A DNA stretch of 64,000 nt from Octopus sinensis (lineage: Eukaryota), in NCBI RefSeq assembly GCF_006345805.1, contig NC_042997.1, forward strand, positions 143,654,001 to 143,718,000, written 5' to 3'. The position numbers and the translations under genes are program-made. The notes beneath the pieces were generated by a model. That model made no database searches. It had not been told where the DNA came from and saw only the letters and a program-made list of their open reading frames with translations. Positions 40,265-55,040 of this stretch are shown in pieces. Position 1 is the first letter of the stretch. The number at the start of each line of letters is the position of its first letter.

Positions 40265-41729
40265 GGGAAAAATATTTCTTGAAAAGCAAAACAAGAATTC
40301 AACAAAATGTTTTATTGAAAAAAAAAATATCAACCAATATTAAACTCTAAAAAGAAAAAAAAAGTAGGTATTTCTTTAAAAAAAATTACTAATATTTTTT
40401 AAAAGTATTTTTTTAAAAAATTTACTAAAACGCATTTTGTTGCACTTTTTTAACATTTGACACTTTCAGTTTACAATGTATCTACATACTATGCTACACA
40501 CTACTATACTCCTTAAAATTAAAGAAACTGAATTCGATCAAGAAATTGCTAGTAGATTGAGGTCATTGCCAATAGTCAATCGCTAATATCAAATCACATT
40601 GAATATAATGAAAAAAGTTGGCGGAATAGATATACAGTATATAGGTTGAATTCGTCTAAGTTTAACCACTTAAATAGTCATTTCAGCTAAGTCATCATTT
40701 ATTATTACTTTTCTTTGAATAATTATTTTTACTATTTTTATTTATTTTTAATCAAGCAAATTCTACTGTTTACTTCAAAATTAGACAAATTTGTTTTTGT
40801 AATGATTGTGATTATAAATGTATATTTTGAAATAAGAAGCACAGGAGTGAAGTGAGTTCATATGAAGACTTGCATTATTCACCTTTGAGTGGGCTGCTTC
40901 CTTTTCAAACTGATTTGATCTACATATATATCATATAAAAAATAGCAGTATGTACACTTATTTTTTATGCAATTAAATCATGCAAGCTCATTTTATTTTA
41001 TTAATTTTTAGTTTACCTTATGTAATATATGTTATATAAATTGAGCTAAAATGGACAGCCCACTCATTTTGGGTAAATTTTAGTCATTTTAGACTGTTTA
41101 ACTTTACCTTTCTGCCCAATTAATTTATGTTGTATGTACATTATTACTGATACTTTATTACTACTTTCCAATTTTAATTATATTTTAAAATTAATTATTA
41201 TTTTAGTTATAATGATCTAATTTTTTTGATAAGAATAATATTGCGCTGCAACTTTCAAAATTGAAATAATAAATTGAAAGAGTTACAAAGATTTAAATGA
41301 ATTAACTATAATATAAATGAAATAAAAAATAATAGATATTTTTATCACTGTTAATAATTTGTGATTAAAAATCTTTTTCTGCTTGATAATTTCTATACAT
41401 AATTGCAATTCTTAATCTTTGTTTGATCAAATATTTTTGTGGTTTTGTTGTAACAGTAGTCACTTACATCTTCTTTTCTGCCTTAAAATATTCATTAGTT
41501 TTGTATGTATTTAAGATTTAAATTATAAATGATTTTAAATTAAAAAAAAAAAGTGCAGCAAAATGCGTTTTAGTAAATTTTTTAAGAAATACTTTTAAGA
41601 AATATTAGTAATTTTTTAAAAAGAAATACCTACTTGTTTCTTTCTTTTTAAAGTTTAATATTGGTTGATATTTTTTCAATAGAGCATTTTGTTGAATTAT
41701 TATTTTGTTTTTCAAGAAATTTTTTTCCC
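40265..41729. mobile_element. Foldback/MITE-like element with ~190-bp TIRs
   Basis: 40265-40452 is the inverted complement of ~41540-41729 (GGGAAAAA...TTTTTCCC); AT-rich non-coding interior. Confidence 0.7.
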
Positions 41730-42544
41730 TTAAAATTTCTTCCTTTTTCAGATTATGTTTTTTAAGCGTTAAATTTTCATCAAGAAAAAGCAAGTACCAG
41801 TACCATCGTTAGCCCGTTATCATACGGTTTACACCCACATACCGCGGTGAGGTAATGGATGGATTTAATGGGGAAAAGGTCGCCAAATATTTAGTTTATT
41901 AGATAAAGAATTGCAATTTCATATCTTTTAACTCATTTAATTTTTTTAAAATTTGATTAAATACGTTAAAAAAATAAAGCAACAATATTATTCATTTTAG
42001 AAGGTAAATTGACATTATATGCAGTAAATTGAGTGTCACTATGCAAGTATAATGACCACTATTGACTTGATTCAATGTATGCATTATGCCAGCTTTTAAT
42101 TTTAAATTAGTGTCAAAAATATTTTGCTTTCTGATATTAAAATATGTGATTTCAATATTAATTTTTCTGACAATAACATTATTATCATTATCATTAGAAT
42201 CGCTATTCTATAAAAAAGTTATAAATGAAATAATTTTAAATGCAAATTCTAAAAGAAACAATATAATTTCGAAATAAATACATTTAGAACTATTAAAATG
42301 AAAAATTATCTGATATTTAATCCAATATAAATTATAAAAAAAAAAAATTTAATTTACGCTTAAAAGAAATTCCCCCCAAAAAATTATGGTAGTGTCAGGG
42401 TTTCTGTGTTAGTTTTATATTAATATTAATTATGATCTGCCGCGGGCTGGGACGCAGTAATAACAATGAAAATCGATAGACTTCTCGCGTAACACAAAAG
42501 AGCGTACCTCCCCCACATGTACATACATACATACGTACATAGAT

Positions 42545-43600
42545 ACATACATACATATATAGAGGAAATCCACTCCATAGATATCAAAGCTCGCAAAATC
42601 CTGACAACTGGGAACTTCCACAGAAACAGTGATATTGACAGGCTCTACCTAAGAAGAAATGAAGGTGATAGAGGCCTGAGATCAGTGCAAACGGCCTTCG
42701 AATGCTGTATGGTATCACTCAGGCAGCACCTGCTAAACAACAGCAGCAAAAATAAATATATCAATGCAGTCCTGAAAAGTGAAGTGAGCAATATTGTACG
42801 AGTTGGCAGAGAATCCCACAAGAAACTCTCTCTTCCTGATGATCTCCAATACATCCCCCAAACAGCTGGGTTCTCTTGCCTCACTCTGGTGAACAAGAGA
42901 GACAGTGACGCTCTTGTAATCCCAAAGTGCAACCGCATGTGTAGGCTATGTCATGTTTTTGTGGAAGACATTACGCATGTGATTAACAGCTGTCCTAAAA
43001 CGTCGTCACGGTATTACCTTCCTATGTGGCACGATGTTGTTGCTAAAACAACTTACAATAAACTTGGAAAATCCCTCTGTTATGGAATACATTCATAAAC
43101 ACCAACTCAAGGAATACTGGTGGAATATTTCCATCAAAACTTCTGTCAAATGTAAGCATAACGCCGGATATTGTTGTTCGGGACAGAGAGGCAAAAGTAT
43201 GTACCATCGTAGAGGTTCGCTGCCCTGCAGATATAAATATCTCTTTGAAAATCAAAGAAAAAGAGGATATCTATGGACAACTGCTTCGACACCTCCAGCT
43301 TCTAAATCCAGATTATGAATTCATATTCATACCAAAAATAATTGGAACACTAGGTTTTGTTCGTAAATGCTTAAAGGAGAATCTGGATAAACTGGGATTT
43401 TCAGAAAGAGAAACTTACCGGCTGATTCGTACATTACAAGTGCAATCTGTGAGTGGAACAGTAAAAATATGCAAGACTTTTTTCAAGTTCCAAATCTATT
43501 TGCATTAACTATATCCCAAAGATGGAGCCTTGTATCTTTGTTGGAAACCGGCTCCCTCATCAGTGGAAGATTTATAATAATAAAAAAATGGAAGAGACAT
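42545..43600 (+). mobile_element. R4/Dong-like LINE 3' fragment
   Basis: DIDRLYLRRNEGDRGL; CRLC...HVINSC; WHDVVAK; IFIPKIIGTLG; frameshifted. Confidence 0.85.
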
Positions 43601-44018
43601 ACATACATACATACCTACATACATACATACATACATACATACATACATACATACATACATGTATAATTTATGTGTGTATATATTAATTTATGCTTGGGTT
43701 CATATGTTTAAATCTATGTTTGTGAAGTAGTGTGCAATTATATATATTGTTTTGAGTGTATTATATTATCGAAATACACGCATTTGTACATTATAATTTA
43801 TTATAATTTATTAGAATAAATCCATAGCTGTACTATAATTTCATTGTTGTTTTATGTGAAACCGTTAGTTTTATTTTTTAGCGTATTATTGGCGTAAAAC
43901 CACCCTAAGACGACGTTAGTTTTATCATAATCACTACCTTCTCTTCTTCTTCTTCTTCTTCTTCTTCTTCTTTCCTGTTCTGGCTTCTCTCTGCATCAAT
44001 GATCCGATGTACATATTC

Positions 44019-44075
<57 letters not shown>

Positions 44076-44341
44076 GTCTGAAATATATTTACTTCATTCA
44101 TCATACGAGTTATTCAACAAAGCTGTTTGTTTCCATAACTGTGGACAAGCTTGAATTAATCATTGGTGGATATTTGACAGTTCTGGTTGTATTTAAATAT
44201 GTACACGCACGCACGCACGGCGCATAAACACATACGCACATATGCATGTATACATAACTACACATATATCTGTAATTGTATATCTATGTTAGATATATAT
44301 ATCATATATACCATAAACACACACACACATGAAATATATAT

Positions 44342-44465
<124 letters not shown>

Positions 44466-44490
44466 TATATACACACCATGTATATGTACG

Positions 44491-44531
<41 letters not shown>

Positions 44532-44552
44532 GAATATATAGATTAACCATAT

Positions 44553-44583
<31 letters not shown>

Positions 44584-44829
44584 TTAAAGTTCATCTGACA
44601 CATTTTGAAGCACATTTGCTTATTTCAGTATTCCAAACCCGTATATAGATGTTATATTCGTGTGAGATAGAGGATTTGCATAAAAGTTGAAAATATTGGA
44701 AAATATTTTTTACAGGGCAATAATGTCAAAACATGAGACAGGAGATTGGAAATTTTTTTTCTATTAGTTATTCACCTTTATAGTAGTGAATAAACAATAC
44801 CTCCAAATTTTCCAATCTCCTGTTTTGAT

Positions 44830-44899
<70 letters not shown>

Positions 44900-47782
44900 A
44901 CACATATTATACATACACATACATACAGACGCACATTTATATATACATGCTTACACATATGTATACGTATTCATTTATGTCTGTGTGAATATTTCCTGGC
45001 TCAGTAAACTGATAAAAATTTCAAAATGCATTATTAAAATCATAACTATTCCGAAACTTTATTTGATTTTTAAGTACTTTTATTTTTGGGTAAAGAATTT
45101 TCATACTTGCTTGTTTGTCCTTTACCGTTCCTACGTCTATCGTTCTTCCTAAATCTTCACTTTTATAAGTTCTGAATGAAGTTGTTATTTGTGATGTAGT
45201 GTTGTGCTCTGAATATATCTTCAATGATCATTCTCCTGCTTGGCGGAGAAATTTTAGATGTGATACTTGTGTTGTCGGCTAATGTTTTTCTATCAAGTCA
45301 CGTTTTATGTTACTCTGTGTAATGTGCATTGCAAAAATGCCTTCTTGTAAATGCTCGGGGAGTCTGTGATAAAGTGTCATATTTGTATGGTTAATGTTAT
45401 TGCTAAAGCCATAAGGTTTACAACTTTGAAGTTTACTTATACATATGTCGATAATATTTATCACCCTAAGTTTGTTCACCATGTAGACGTTTCGTGTCGT
45501 TGATATGTTGTTTTTGTTCTTTTTGATGCTTTTGTAACATACTGTTTGTGTTAAGCCAGTGATAAAAGACTCTAAACATTCACAGTCACTCTAGCTCATT
45601 TAATTATATCATCTATAATGAATAATTTCCAGAAGCACACTAATTTAAAATAAAAATCAACAAGTTCAACAATCTTTGGTTTACTTCAGCTGACCTGACA
45701 ATTCCCTTCTTGCCTTGCACAAAAATTGTCTCATTTAACACGGACATGCACTAACGTATAAAACTTAATTTACACATACACGTATATACATAATTCCGCA
45801 TAGTCACCTGCACGCGTAGTCATCTTCGTCTATCTTCCCTCCCTTTCACTATTTCCTCTTTATCTTCTAATTCCAGCTTTTAATAGGATATCCTCTTTAA
45901 ACTAGAGTTAATGTGAGAATAAACGGTGCCGATAATGAGGCTGGCTCATTTCCCCTTTCCATTTACTCACGTTTTAAATTTTTTGTTTGTTATATTGTCT
46001 CTTCATTTAAATTTAATGCAATACTAGGAAGGAAAAATATTTTCCTGTTAACCATTAAACGCCTCTGAGATTTTAAAAATTCCATCCGTGTGAACAGTTC
46101 TATAAAACAATATTAGAGAACGATATCGTCTTCTTTTGTAGTGCGATAATACAATGATCAATATTGTATAATAGTACGGCTCTTCCACTCGATTTCCTGA
46201 AAAGCAAACGACCGTAATTTATACTCGAATTAGACAGAGATTTCTAGGAAATAATTTTATGAAAAAATTAGCATTTTTGAAGCATGAAATCTGGCGCGAA
46301 TTTATTTGAAATCACGAAGAAAATATTATACAGCTAAGACTACTTTTGCAGTTAAATCCTCATATAATCTTTCATAATATTTCTAAGCCACCTCTTTTAT
46401 ACAGTTTTAAATGACTGAAGTGAGCAAACTGTCATGAGTTCACATAAATTAAACGTTTGATTTTAAATGGAAATAACAACCTTTAATTTAGTTGAGAGAC
46501 TGAAGCAACTTAACTAATAGTTTCTTCAATAGAATTATTTTCTTCCAGTAAAAGATAAAAAGAACAAAGGATATAAAATTGAATTTCCATTTTTACAATT
46601 GGTTACTCAGCAAGAATATATGACAATAATAACGCAATAAACCACAGAGTAAAGCTGTTAATTTTGTACAAAGAAACCGTATTTAAAATCACTGAAGCGA
46701 CGATGCCGTTGAGGAAATCAATGATGAAGTTGTCTAAAATATATGTATAAGAAGTTACATACGAAATCGTATTGAGTCTTACTGAAGAATCGGATGACGA
46801 TGAGACCCAAGAGAGAAATGAAGCTGTGTCGAAAATGTATTGACATGAGGTGATTTGTTTTTTTCTCGCAGCTGTTTAATCAATTAATTTTAATGCTTTT
46901 ACAGAACTTCTAATAAAGGAGATTTAAGAAGTATTATTCCGTCTCATCAAATAAAAACGATAATGTATAAGAAATAGAGCAAATATATCACCCGAAAATC
47001 TCAGCCAACATCACAGATAGGGATCAATGTTGTGAGGCGATAGTCTCTTGTCTTTAAGAAAGATACAAATTTAATCCTACCATTTCAGTTTAAATCTTAT
47101 TTCAGTTGTATATGACGTTTTCAATAAATTCTCTCCTTGCCTCTCTAGATATTGTGGGGAATTCGATTACCAATATTACATTTGATTATAATATAATGAG
47201 TGCTACCAGAACAAAAAAAATTGATTCTTTTCTAGGAAATGCCAGCGCCAATCTAACGATATATGTCTTTCTCCATATGACACAATTTAAAGTGGCTTAA
47301 GTTGAGGAATTAATATAGCATTTTATATCATACACTCGCATTTTATCTTCTTTTAAGCAGACTAAACAATATCAATATCAATAATTGTAAGAATTTAAAC
47401 TTCAGCTGAGTTAAATGATCAATATCTACGCAAGTTAAATGGAAGCCAATCAATATGAATGGTAGACTAATGGCTCATATGAGGTAAATGTTTGAATGAG
47501 ATTTAGGAAGATAAGGGCGTTCAGTCGAATATACGCTGAAATCGATTAGCGGCATATCAGCTTCTACAGAATTTTCCTTTTAACTTCAATTTAGTTATCT
47601 GATTCAATGAAAACTTGATTACTTGACAACAGTATGTATGCATAAATAGTTATCAGTGGACAGCTTATGTATTTATATATATATTGCTATTTACATGCCT
47701 GTATGCATTTATGCAAATAGATTTATATTCCTAATACCGTTGTATATTCTTATATACGTCTTTTTACATAAAAATGTGTAGT

Positions 47783-47960
47783 GAAGGCACGTGGCTTAGT
47801 GGTTAAAGTAATCGGCTCACAATCGTGAAGTCGTGAGTTCGTTACCTAGCGATGCGTTGTGTTCTTGAGCAAGACACTTTATTTCACGTTGCTCCAGTTC
47901 TCTCAGCTGGCAAATATGAGTAGCACTTATAATTCATAGGGTCAACCTTGTCACAGTCTG
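47783..47960 (+). mobile_element. Degenerate tRNA-derived SINE
   Basis: A-box tggcttagtgg, B-box-like gagttcgttacc, ttgagcaagacacttta core. Confidence 0.6.
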
Positions 47961-48417
47961 TGGAGGATGTTATTCTGCTTAATGAACCTTTAAAGTGTCA
48001 CAGATGTATACTGGATTAAAATCTCATTGTAAGCAGTCGAAAGAAATATATCCCATGAGCGCGTTTTCATCGGAAAGTAATTTATTGAATTTAATTTCTA
48101 GTTATGTAGAGTTATCTTTCCTAATTCTAACAAATATCCTGTTATTATAACGTGTCATATTGTATATTGTCGATTTATGTAATATATTCGTGTTTGTTCA
48201 CAACAGATTGGTATTAATTACTTTTTCATATATCAATTTTATCGTTTTCCAGATCCTATAGAGCTAGTTTAAGATTCCTAAGTGCGTTTTCTTGTGTATT
48301 TATATACATTTCTTTTTATTGCTTTTACACCTGGATAAGTTAAGCAATTTAAACGTCAATTGATAACATGTACTTATTTCAAAGACTCACAAGAGACTGA
48401 TGCAATAATTTGAGTTC

Positions 48418-48460
<43 letters not shown>

Positions 48461-48554
48461 TTAGCGATACTAGTATAGTCATTCAAATCAGAAAGTCATT
48501 GCTTTTTTTAACTAAAGATTCTTGAGTAAAAAGCACTAACAATTAACAAAATGA

Positions 48555-48790
48555 CATTTGATGGGTTGCTTTAGCAGGGCAGAGGTTTGTGATGTACTTG
48601 GATTATTCATCCTAGATGAACTCACCTCAAATTTTAATCCCTTAGAATTAGAAGATGAAGGTTTAGCTATTTCTAACAAGCTTAATATATATAATCTAGA
48701 TAAAATAAAGATAGATCAAATAAGCACATTCAAAGAACTATACCTAAAATCACTGTAATTACAAACACAAAAACAGTTAGTTTCCTGTAG
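48555..48790 (+). pseudogene. Penelope-like RT relic
   Basis: MGCFSRAEVCDVLGLFIL...EGLAI...TVSFL resembles PLE RT motifs 4-6; the YRDD motif is lost. Confidence 0.6.
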
Positions 48791-48849
48791 ACACAAACCA
48801 TGCGGAAAACAGGGCGAGAAGTTCATTTACTTCAAGAAAAAAAATCTGT

Positions 48850-49080
48850 GCAATAATATTGATTTCAATTTTTGGCACAAGGCCAGCAATTTTGTGGGAG
48901 GGGAAAAGTCGATTACATCAACCCCAGTGTCCAACTAGTATTTATTTTATCAAGCCCGAAAGGAAAAAAAGCAAAGTTGACCCCAGCGGCATTTGAATTC
49001 AGAACGTAAAGTTAGAAGAAATGTCATTAAACATTTTCTCTGGCGCGGTAACGATTCCCTCAACTCGCTGCCTTAATCCA
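48850..49080 (-). mobile_element. SINE family 2
   Basis: Core and tail similarity. Confidence 0.75.
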
Positions 49081-50080
49081 GGCAATAATATTACTGAGAA
49101 ACTTGCCAGCAATATTGTTAGAAGAATCTCAAGCATTTTCTCGGACAAATGATCATTCAACAGAGATGCAAACCACTTTAACAAAGTAATTGAAAATGGA
49201 TGTAGGGGAAGAAATAAATTTGCTCTCAGATCTTAACTACAACTAGCTATGGAAACCAAAACCATATATGGGCTTTCAAGTGTCATATATGGCTTGATAA
49301 TGTTATGCAATTTCTTATCTGTATGCCTGAAGGTGAGCTTATATTTTAACATCCGGTTCTTTAAGCTACTCTCGCTCATTCCGATGTATGACCTAGAAAA
49401 TGGCATTCACTACCGTACCTTGGTATATCAGAGTTTCATCTCGGATTAAATTTCTCAAGTTTCCCTGGTTCTAAAGCTTATTAGGTGATTTAGGGCATCT
49501 ACTATCTACGATGTTCTCTATGTTGTTCATGCAGCTGAAGGTAACTTTTAAATTTTGCCAGCTATATAACTTACAATACTTGTGTTCTATGGGGAAATGT
49601 TTAGAAATTTCTTAGCAATGCCAGAATTCATCATTAATGCTACATGTTCGATCGAATTAGATTCCATTACAATTACTTATTTATTTATCTGTGACTACTA
49701 CAATAGAGAAATACTTCATTGTTACCAAAATAACAGATACCTTAAACAAAAATTTAGAACTAATTTCTAAGTGTAGTAACAATAATAAATCTTAACTTCT
49801 TAATAAAGTTACCGAGCGAGACAAAGTGCGTAGGCTATCGTTTCCGATGCTAAACGAACTGAAAGCCAACAATACGTCAAACTATTCTGATAAACACCGA
49901 CCGAGTGGGACACCCGTTCAATTAGCAAAACCTGTTTCAGGATTTTTTAAGATAAGAGCAATAGAACTCTGTGTAATGGAAGAGGTAACTATCATTTGGA
50001 GCTATGGCACTGTATACTAAATATTTGTTCTATCAAATTCATTGAGTTCTCTTTTACTTTGTTCGTAAAATTATGGAACA

Positions 50081-50130
<50 letters not shown>

Positions 50131-50409
50131 ATATAGGTGTGTATATATGCGTGTGTTTATATGCATACATACACAAATACATACATACACACGTATATAA
50201 CATCAAATTAATACATACTTGTTTATGTATTGTAGCATAATAATATATACACGCGTACGTGTGTATTTAGTGACAGATTCTTAACGCTTGTTAACTCTAG
50301 TGTAGAATTTGTTTCTCTCCTTGCAATAAGTCTTGTTTGTAATCCAGTCACCTTGTTGCCAAGCAACAAATTTACATTCCTGCGACTGCACAGTTCTTAT
50401 TGATGTTCC

Positions 50410-50729
50410 CTCATATTGTTGGTGTGGTGGTGGTGATGGTGACGGTGGAACATTTTTTGTTGTTATTTATGATGATGATAACAATGATGGTAGTACTGTC
50501 GGCAGTGGTGGTGGTGGTGGTTGTTGTAGTAGTAGTTTTACTGCTGATTGGAATGGCGTTGATAGTAACAGCATCGTTGGAGATGGATAGTATGGGCGAT
50601 GTTGCTGGAGGTAGTAGTAGTAGTGGTGGTGGTTGTGGTGGTAATGGAATCATTTTGTTGGCAGTAACCGTAGAAGTATCAGCGTCATCACCAACCACCA
50701 CCACCACCACCACCACTACCACCACCACC

Positions 50730-50763
<34 letters not shown>

Positions 50764-50955
50764 TCATCCTTTTCCTCCTCTTCCTCATCGTCGTCATCGT
50801 CATCATCATCATCACCATCATAATCATCTCCACTATCGCTGCCATCATCATCAACATTAAAAGTTATAATAGTAGTAGTCATAGTTGTAGTAGTAGCAGC
50901 AGTAGCAGTAATAGAAAGTAGTGGCAGCAGCAGCAGCAGCAGCAGCTGCAGCAGT
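50410..50955. repeat. Compound trinucleotide microsatellite (GGT/GAT/ACC/ATC/GCA)
   Basis: Direct reading. Confidence 0.9.
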
Positions 50956-51472
50956 AAATTTGTAAAAAGCATTTAGCCTTCTTTAAATTCAGTCTGTGGG
51001 GTTCTTTTTCGGGAAGTGGGCCCAACCAACCAACCAGTGTTATAAGATCCCACACTTCGCATGATGTACCTTCTGTGATGGACTCATTCATAGAAATCAG
51101 TCGTCCGCCCTGTCAGCTTTAATGACAGGTTGTTTCTCCACACATCAACCAATATCGATCTATTGGATTTTATCCGGTCCACTCACAACTAAGAAATGTG
51201 TGGGATTTACATTCGCCACAAGGTCTCTCTTTGCTATATTTTCTTTGTTCTCTCCACACATCAACCGCTTTATTTAACCGCCTCTGTGTTCAACAACAGA
51301 GAATGATATATCAGCCCAAGACAAAAAGAAAGCGCGCAATCAGAGTGAACTTTGGAAAGCATAACCGTCCCTGAACAGAGAGAGAGAATGAGATGGAGGT
51401 CGTAGGATTACGTTGCTTGTAGGTTGGTGGTACTAGCGGCCGATTTGATTGTCGTAGATATTGAATAATATA

Positions 51473-51865
51473 ATTCTACTATAGGCACAAAACCTGAAAT
51501 TTGGGGTGAAGGGAAAGCCGATTACACCAATCCTAGTGCTCAACTGGAACTTATTTTATCGACCCCGAACGATTGAAAAGCGAAGTCGACCTCGGCGGCG
51601 TTTTAACTCAGAACGTAAAGGCAGAAGAAATACCTATTTCTTTACTACCCACAAGGAGCTAAACACAGAGAGGACAAACAAGGACAGACACACGGATTAA
51701 GTCGAGTATATCGACCCCAGTGCGTAACTGGTACTTATTTAATCGACCCCGAAAGGATGAAAGGCAAAGTCGACCTCGGCGGAATTTGAACACACAACGT
51801 AACGACAGACAAAATACGGCTACGCATTTCGCCCGGCGTGCAAACAATTCCACCAGCGCATCACT
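51473..51865 (-). mobile_element. Dimeric SINE family 2
   Basis: Two cores; junction GAAATA-gg-TATTTC (51627-51640) equivalent to 6568-6581. Confidence 0.85.
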
Positions 51866-52290
51866 TTTAGCTGCTAATTAATATAATAGTAGTCAAATTC
51901 TCACTGTTAGATCTTTACAGGTCGGGAGCATGAGTTATAGGTTTTCTCTCAACTTCCATTGGGATTCTTCTCTGCCCTGATGAACTATAAACTGCGTATA
52001 TCTATCTGAATGCGCTTTGGATCCTGAATTCGGCAGATAATATAAGATTGGTTCCCTCATAGATAACCGGAGTTATCACTTCCTTTTATTGTCAAAACAC
52101 TTAGAAGTCAGTTGTATAATTAAGAGCGCGGTGTGAAAATACATTTCTCCACCAGCAGTCTTGATTGCGGTGAAAAGTGTGCACCAGATGGAATAGTCTC
52201 ATTCCTTTGGAAACAAAAGAGCTGTTTGATTTGTGACGTAACATTAATAGGCAGTCTCGCTTGATCTCACAAGATCTAACATGCACAGTA

Positions 52291-52659
52291 TCTCTTTTAC
52301 TCTTTTACTTGTTTCAGTCATTTGACTGCGGCCCAGGACTGATTCTTTTGTGAGCCCAGTACTTATTCTATCGGTCTCTTTTGCCGAACCGCTAAGTAAC
52401 GGGGACATAAACACACCAGCATCGGTTGTCAAGCAATGCTAGGGGGACAAACGCAGACACACAAACACACACATGCATATATATATATATATGTACGACG
52501 GGCTTCTTTCAGTTTCCGTCTACCAAATCCACTCACAAGGCTTTGGTCGGCCCGAGGCTATAGTAGAAGACACTTGCCCAAGGTGCCACGCAGTTGGACT
52601 GAACCCGGAACCATGTGGTTGGTAAACAAGCGACTTACCACACAGCCACTCCTGCGCCT
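52291..52659 (-). mobile_element. tRNA-derived SINE family 1, near full length
   Basis: Minus strand aggcgcaggagtggctgtgtgg (A-box) ... ggttcagtcc (B-box) ... gtaaaagag tail. Confidence 0.9.
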
Positions 52660-53354
52660 ATCTGGGTAAGAAATGAAATCTGCAAAATACTAAACTTAAT
52701 TCGGGTATTATATTATATTTCAGCCATTTGCATAAGAGATTAGCAGCAACTGTGGACCATCTACTTCTGTCCTGAATTGAGTTAAAAAGTTAAAAAGGGT
52801 AAGCTCTAATACGGTTGATTCAGAGAGATGGATTCAATTCGAAAAAGTGCAGTTTCTTGTACGGCTATGATCTTTTATCTCTTACTTGCTTCAGTCATTA
52901 GACTATGGCCATGCAGGGGCACTGCCATCAAGTATGTTAGTCGAACGATTCGACCCCAGTGACGGATTATGTCAGCCACGCAGGAACTCAGAACGAGAAG
53001 AACCGGGACAAAAACCTCAAGGCACCTTGTTCAATGCCCTAACATGGCCACTAACCCTCCGCCAAGGCTGATACTTTGTTATCGCCTTCAGAAAGTATGA
53101 AAAGAAAGTCGACTTTGGAGTGTTTTGAACTCAGAGCGGAAAAACAAATACTGCAAACCGTTTTGTTCTGCTCTCTACCGATCCTGCCTAGGGTAAAGAT
53201 TATCAATAATGGAAAGATAGAAGATCAAAGTCCTCTTCTTCGGGTTTTGAACTCAGATCGTGTAGGAAAGAAACTAAGTACAGTGCTATACGGTTTTTGC
53301 CCCAAATTTCTGACAATGACACACTATTTGAGATTTGTAGGAAATTTGTATAAC

Positions 53355-53596
53355 TTTTACCTTTTACTTGTTTCAGTTATTGGACTGCAGCCATACTGGG
53401 GTACCGCTTTGAGAGATTTTATAGAAAAAAAAAAAACTGACTCTAGTACTTATTTTTTAAAAGCCTGGTACTTATTCTGTCGATCTCTGTTTTCTAAATT
53501 ATAGGGATGTAGACAAACTAACACCGGTTGTCAAGTGATGGGAAAAAGAACAAACACACATACACACACACACACACGGGCGCACGCACGCACGCG

Positions 53597-53663
<67 letters not shown>

Positions 53664-53820
53664 CGACTTCCACACAGATTCCGTCTAACAAATTCAATCA
53701 TAAGGCATTAGTTGGCGCGGGTCTGTAGTAGAAGATGCCCAATGTTCCGCATAGTGGAACTGAACCTGAAACCTCGTGATTGCAAAGTGGGCTTCTTAAA
53801 TACCCAACTATCGTCGAGCC
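53355..53820 (-). mobile_element. SINE family 1
   Basis: Similarity to 52291-52659. Confidence 0.75.
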
Positions 53821-54521
53821 TATGTAGTTCAGCTTTATCAGTGACTGTCATCACCAACACAACCCACTACCATCATGTTACTTAACGACTACTTATTTTA
53901 TCAACTCTATTGAGGAATGAAAGTCAAAGTCATTCCCGGTGGGAATTTGAACTTTGAAAGTAAAACAGGTTTAAACAACACAGAAAATCTTTAGTCTTTT
54001 CGGCACTTCAATAATTTAGATATTTACCGACCTAACATTGATGATGCCAATAATTGATTTATTGCGTTTTATATTTCGATAGCGAAGAATTTCGTGACAA
54101 CTTTGAAAGAAACACTTAAACAAGTACGCTCTAAGCTATTTATTTCTCAGTTAGGAATTTGCGCTTTTTATCGATTCGCTACTCTACAAAAAGGAAATGA
54201 AGAATGTTCCATTTATCGAAACCATTCTCAAGAGAAGCAGAATAGGAAATTACGAGAAAATATTTGTTATATAGACAAAATTTATTAAAAAAAAAGAATA
54301 AAAAATCATACGACAGGAAAAACAAAAAAAAAAAAATTTTGAAGTTATGTTTTAAAAAATATTTTGTAATTTTGATGGATTTAAATGGTTTTTTTACTTA
54401 TTGACTGCTGAGTTTATTGTTGGCGTTATTGTTGATGTTGTTATTGTTATTTTATTGTTTTCTACCATTTTCTCAATTTACCATTCATGAATCACCGAAA
54501 GTTAAAAAATCTCCGCAACCT

Positions 54522-54670
54522 AGGCTCAGGTGTGGCTATGAGGTAAGAAGCTTGCTTCCCAACCCATGGTTCCAGGTTCAGTCCCACTGCTTGGCACCTT
54601 GGGCAAGTGTCTTCTACTATAGCCTCGGGCCGAACAAAAACCTTGTGAGTGGATTTGGAGAGAAGCCCGT

Positions 54671-54716
<46 letters not shown>

Positions 54717-54726
54717 AACACACACT

Positions 54727-54807
<81 letters not shown>

Positions 54808-55020
54808 GTGTGTGTGTGTGTGTGTGTTTGTACCCCACATCACCTCTTGAAAATGAGTGTTGGTGTGTCTATGTCTCCGTAACTTAGCAGTTCGGCAACA
54901 AAGAACGGTAGAATAAGTACTAGGCTTAAAAATAAGTTCTGGGGGTCGATTTATTCAGCTAAAATCCTTCAAAGCTGTGCTCCAGCATGACCACAGTCAA
55001 ATGAAACAGGGAAAAGAATA
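54522..55020 (+). mobile_element. SINE family 1
   Basis: Head, internal (TA)n/(TG)n, shared 3' part. Confidence 0.85.
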
Positions 55021-55040
55021 AAAGAAAGGAAAAACCTGTT

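Noticed and set aside
43535-43567. Minus-strand CTGATGA followed by a ggga/ttcc stem
   Set aside because: No GAAA or cleavage triplet follows
45279-45493. GAAACGTC half-hammerhead immediately before ORF MVNKLRV (minus strand), a possible PLE 5' relic
   Set aside because: No CTGANGA half, and the peptide has no motif I can support
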